Translations under genes and position numbers: made by a program | Assembly (NCBI GenBank): GCA_050084985.1 | Contig: JBITNC010000001.1 | Location: forward strand, 72,416,001-72,480,000 | Source: Nageia nagi | Lineage: Eukaryota > Plantae > Pinophyta | Length of the DNA: 64,000 nucleotides | Direction of reading: 5' to 3' | Part shown: in pieces, positions 62,438-64,000 of the stretch | Numbering within the stretch: the stretch's first letter is position 1 | Layout: each line of letters opens with the position of its first letter | The notes under the pieces: model-generated | Told to the model about the DNA's origin: nothing | Databases searched by the model: none | The model's input: only the letters and a program-made list of their open reading frames with translations

Positions 62438-64000
62438 GATCCGCTTTTAGCAAACATCAACCTTCAAAACCTTATTTGTGCAATTCCTGAAAAATAGGTC
62501 AAAAATCATGGGAAATGCTAGATTTCATATAAAAAAATTCAACATTTTTTCTGAAGGTGGTAATGAGAAGTAGAGCTTAATGGGTGCTCAAATCTACCTG
62601 ACAAATACCTCCAACTGATTGAATCTTCAAAAATGTCACTTCCTTTTTTGCTTGAAAAACCCTTTTAGAAGCTTAAAACAATATGCAAAGCACTCAAAAA
62701 TGCTTCTAAGGGTCAGGTACTTGACTTGGCAGATTGAATCTGATGTTAAGAGTCCAAAATGCACCATAAATGACCCCTCAAAATAGGGTTTCCTGATATG
62801 GACGAATTTGAGATTATTTTTTCTACAACCAATCAAATCACAAAAAAACCCTTAATCTGAAATTTCTAAAATCTTACCCAAATTTTTTTTGAAACCATAG
62901 ATCTACAATTTGGCGAAAAGGGTATCCAAATCTACAATTTTTTTTTTTTTCACAAAAAAATCCCTAAAAATCCGCGATTTTCACTAAGCCATAAATTTTC
63001 ACCACAGAAAAACACTTTTCAACATGGATCTGAAATACCCACAAAAGTTTTTTGAAAGCACTAATTTGTTTGAAAACCCTAATTCAAAAAAACTACAAAA
63101 CTGAGATACCCACAACTGCCAAAACTCAGAAAAATAGACACTGACCACAGGCTGGCAAGATTCCAGCTTTGATACCACTGGTGATGTTCCTTTTATATAT
63201 ATATATATAAAATAAACTAAAAATATATATATTACACAGGTGAAGTTTCACAACCCTACGTAAACCAGAGATATTTGCCTAGCATATAAAAAATAAAATT
63301 GCTCATAAACTAAAATATATAAATATATATACATATATATATTAAATTTTAGCAAACCAACTAAAAACTGAGAATGGACAAATGCAGTCCCACAAAACTC
63401 AAAATTGATACAAACTTCCACAAGTTGGGAACGAACTGCAAACCCCAACTGAATATGGATACCAAAAAACTCCCACCTCAATAATGACACCCCAAATACA
63501 ATAAGCATAAGGTTTGGGGCTGCCAACAGGTCTGAAACACATGTCACAAACGCTCTAAAAATGCCATGAACCACTCATAGATGCATTTTTTGTATTTTTG
63601 ATATTTTAGGGCATCAACACCCTCAATGATATTGCCAAAACCTCAAACATGCAGCTCCAATGCACTATGGGAATAAGTAAGACCTGCAATCTCAACTCAT
63701 GGAAACTCTAGGGTTTCAATATTCAATTTTGATATCAACATAACATGCCCAAAATGGAACTTTCACTTCCTTTTATATATGAGGTTCTATTTTTGCATTG
63801 ACATTTCCAAAACCCTAAAATCACTTAAAGCCTTATTTCAAGTTTATAACATAAAGAAATAATAATTAAAACTAATGTTATGTCTCCTAATACATTGCTC
63901 CCTTTTTTTATTATTTATTTCCTAAGTGTAGAAGACAAAACTGATATTTCAATCTTGGGACATTATAATCAAAGTCTTTCGCACACCCTTGGAGATCATG

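Larger units (their letters stand above)
58044..63967 (-). mobile_element. Non-autonomous chromovirus-derived LTR element (gag, post-protease bit, chromodomain tail; no RT/RH/INT)
   Basis: LTRs 58044-58816 and ~63179-63967 (3' LTR ends TGTAATGTCCC...GGAACATCACA on - strand). PBS-Met TGGTATCAAAGC at 63166-63177. Degenerate TSD GCCAA / ATCAA. Gag ARAWLQKLQTYF..ATLHLE. C-terminal YPALELLEDKQF. Confidence 0.88.
56559..64000 (-). mobile_element. E4: fourth giant LTR-like unit (3' end), interrupted by 58044-63967 and running out of the window
   Basis: 56559-58043 is the reverse complement of E3 ~51640-53144 (end TGATGGTATGTTTTTCTTTC). 63968-64000 resumes homology to E3 ~51615-51645. Confidence 0.8.

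Overview
Plant nuclear DNA, very likely a large gymnosperm-type genome. It contains one host exon (gamma-tubulin complex protein GCP4, 29883-30036, +); no other exon was seen, implying >=30-kb introns on both sides filled with nested transposons. Main contents: (1) four copies (E1 11-16630 +, E2 18877-25653 -, E3 47813-53144 +, E4 56559 to beyond the window end, -) of a 5-7 kb unit. It has LTR-type ends (TGTTG...CAACA) and 4-5 bp target duplications but no PBS, PPT, gag or pol. It carries an array of 8-10 spaced palindromic 44-54 bp repeats, a TATA box and a ~1100-codon gene of unknown function. This giant gene-carrying solo-LTR-like unit is the best candidate for an undescribed system. (2) Two Athila-type Ty3/gypsy copies with a 3' extra ORF; one is near-complete, young and protease-deleted, and its 3' LTR appears merged in assembly with the empty-site allele. 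(3) Two hAT transposons. (4) A young chimeric tandem TRIM. (5) Three chromovirus relics and a Tat-type pol with archaeal-type RNase H between PR and RT. Nesting reaches four levels: TRIM in hAT in Athila in E1. All alignments and identity figures are by eye.
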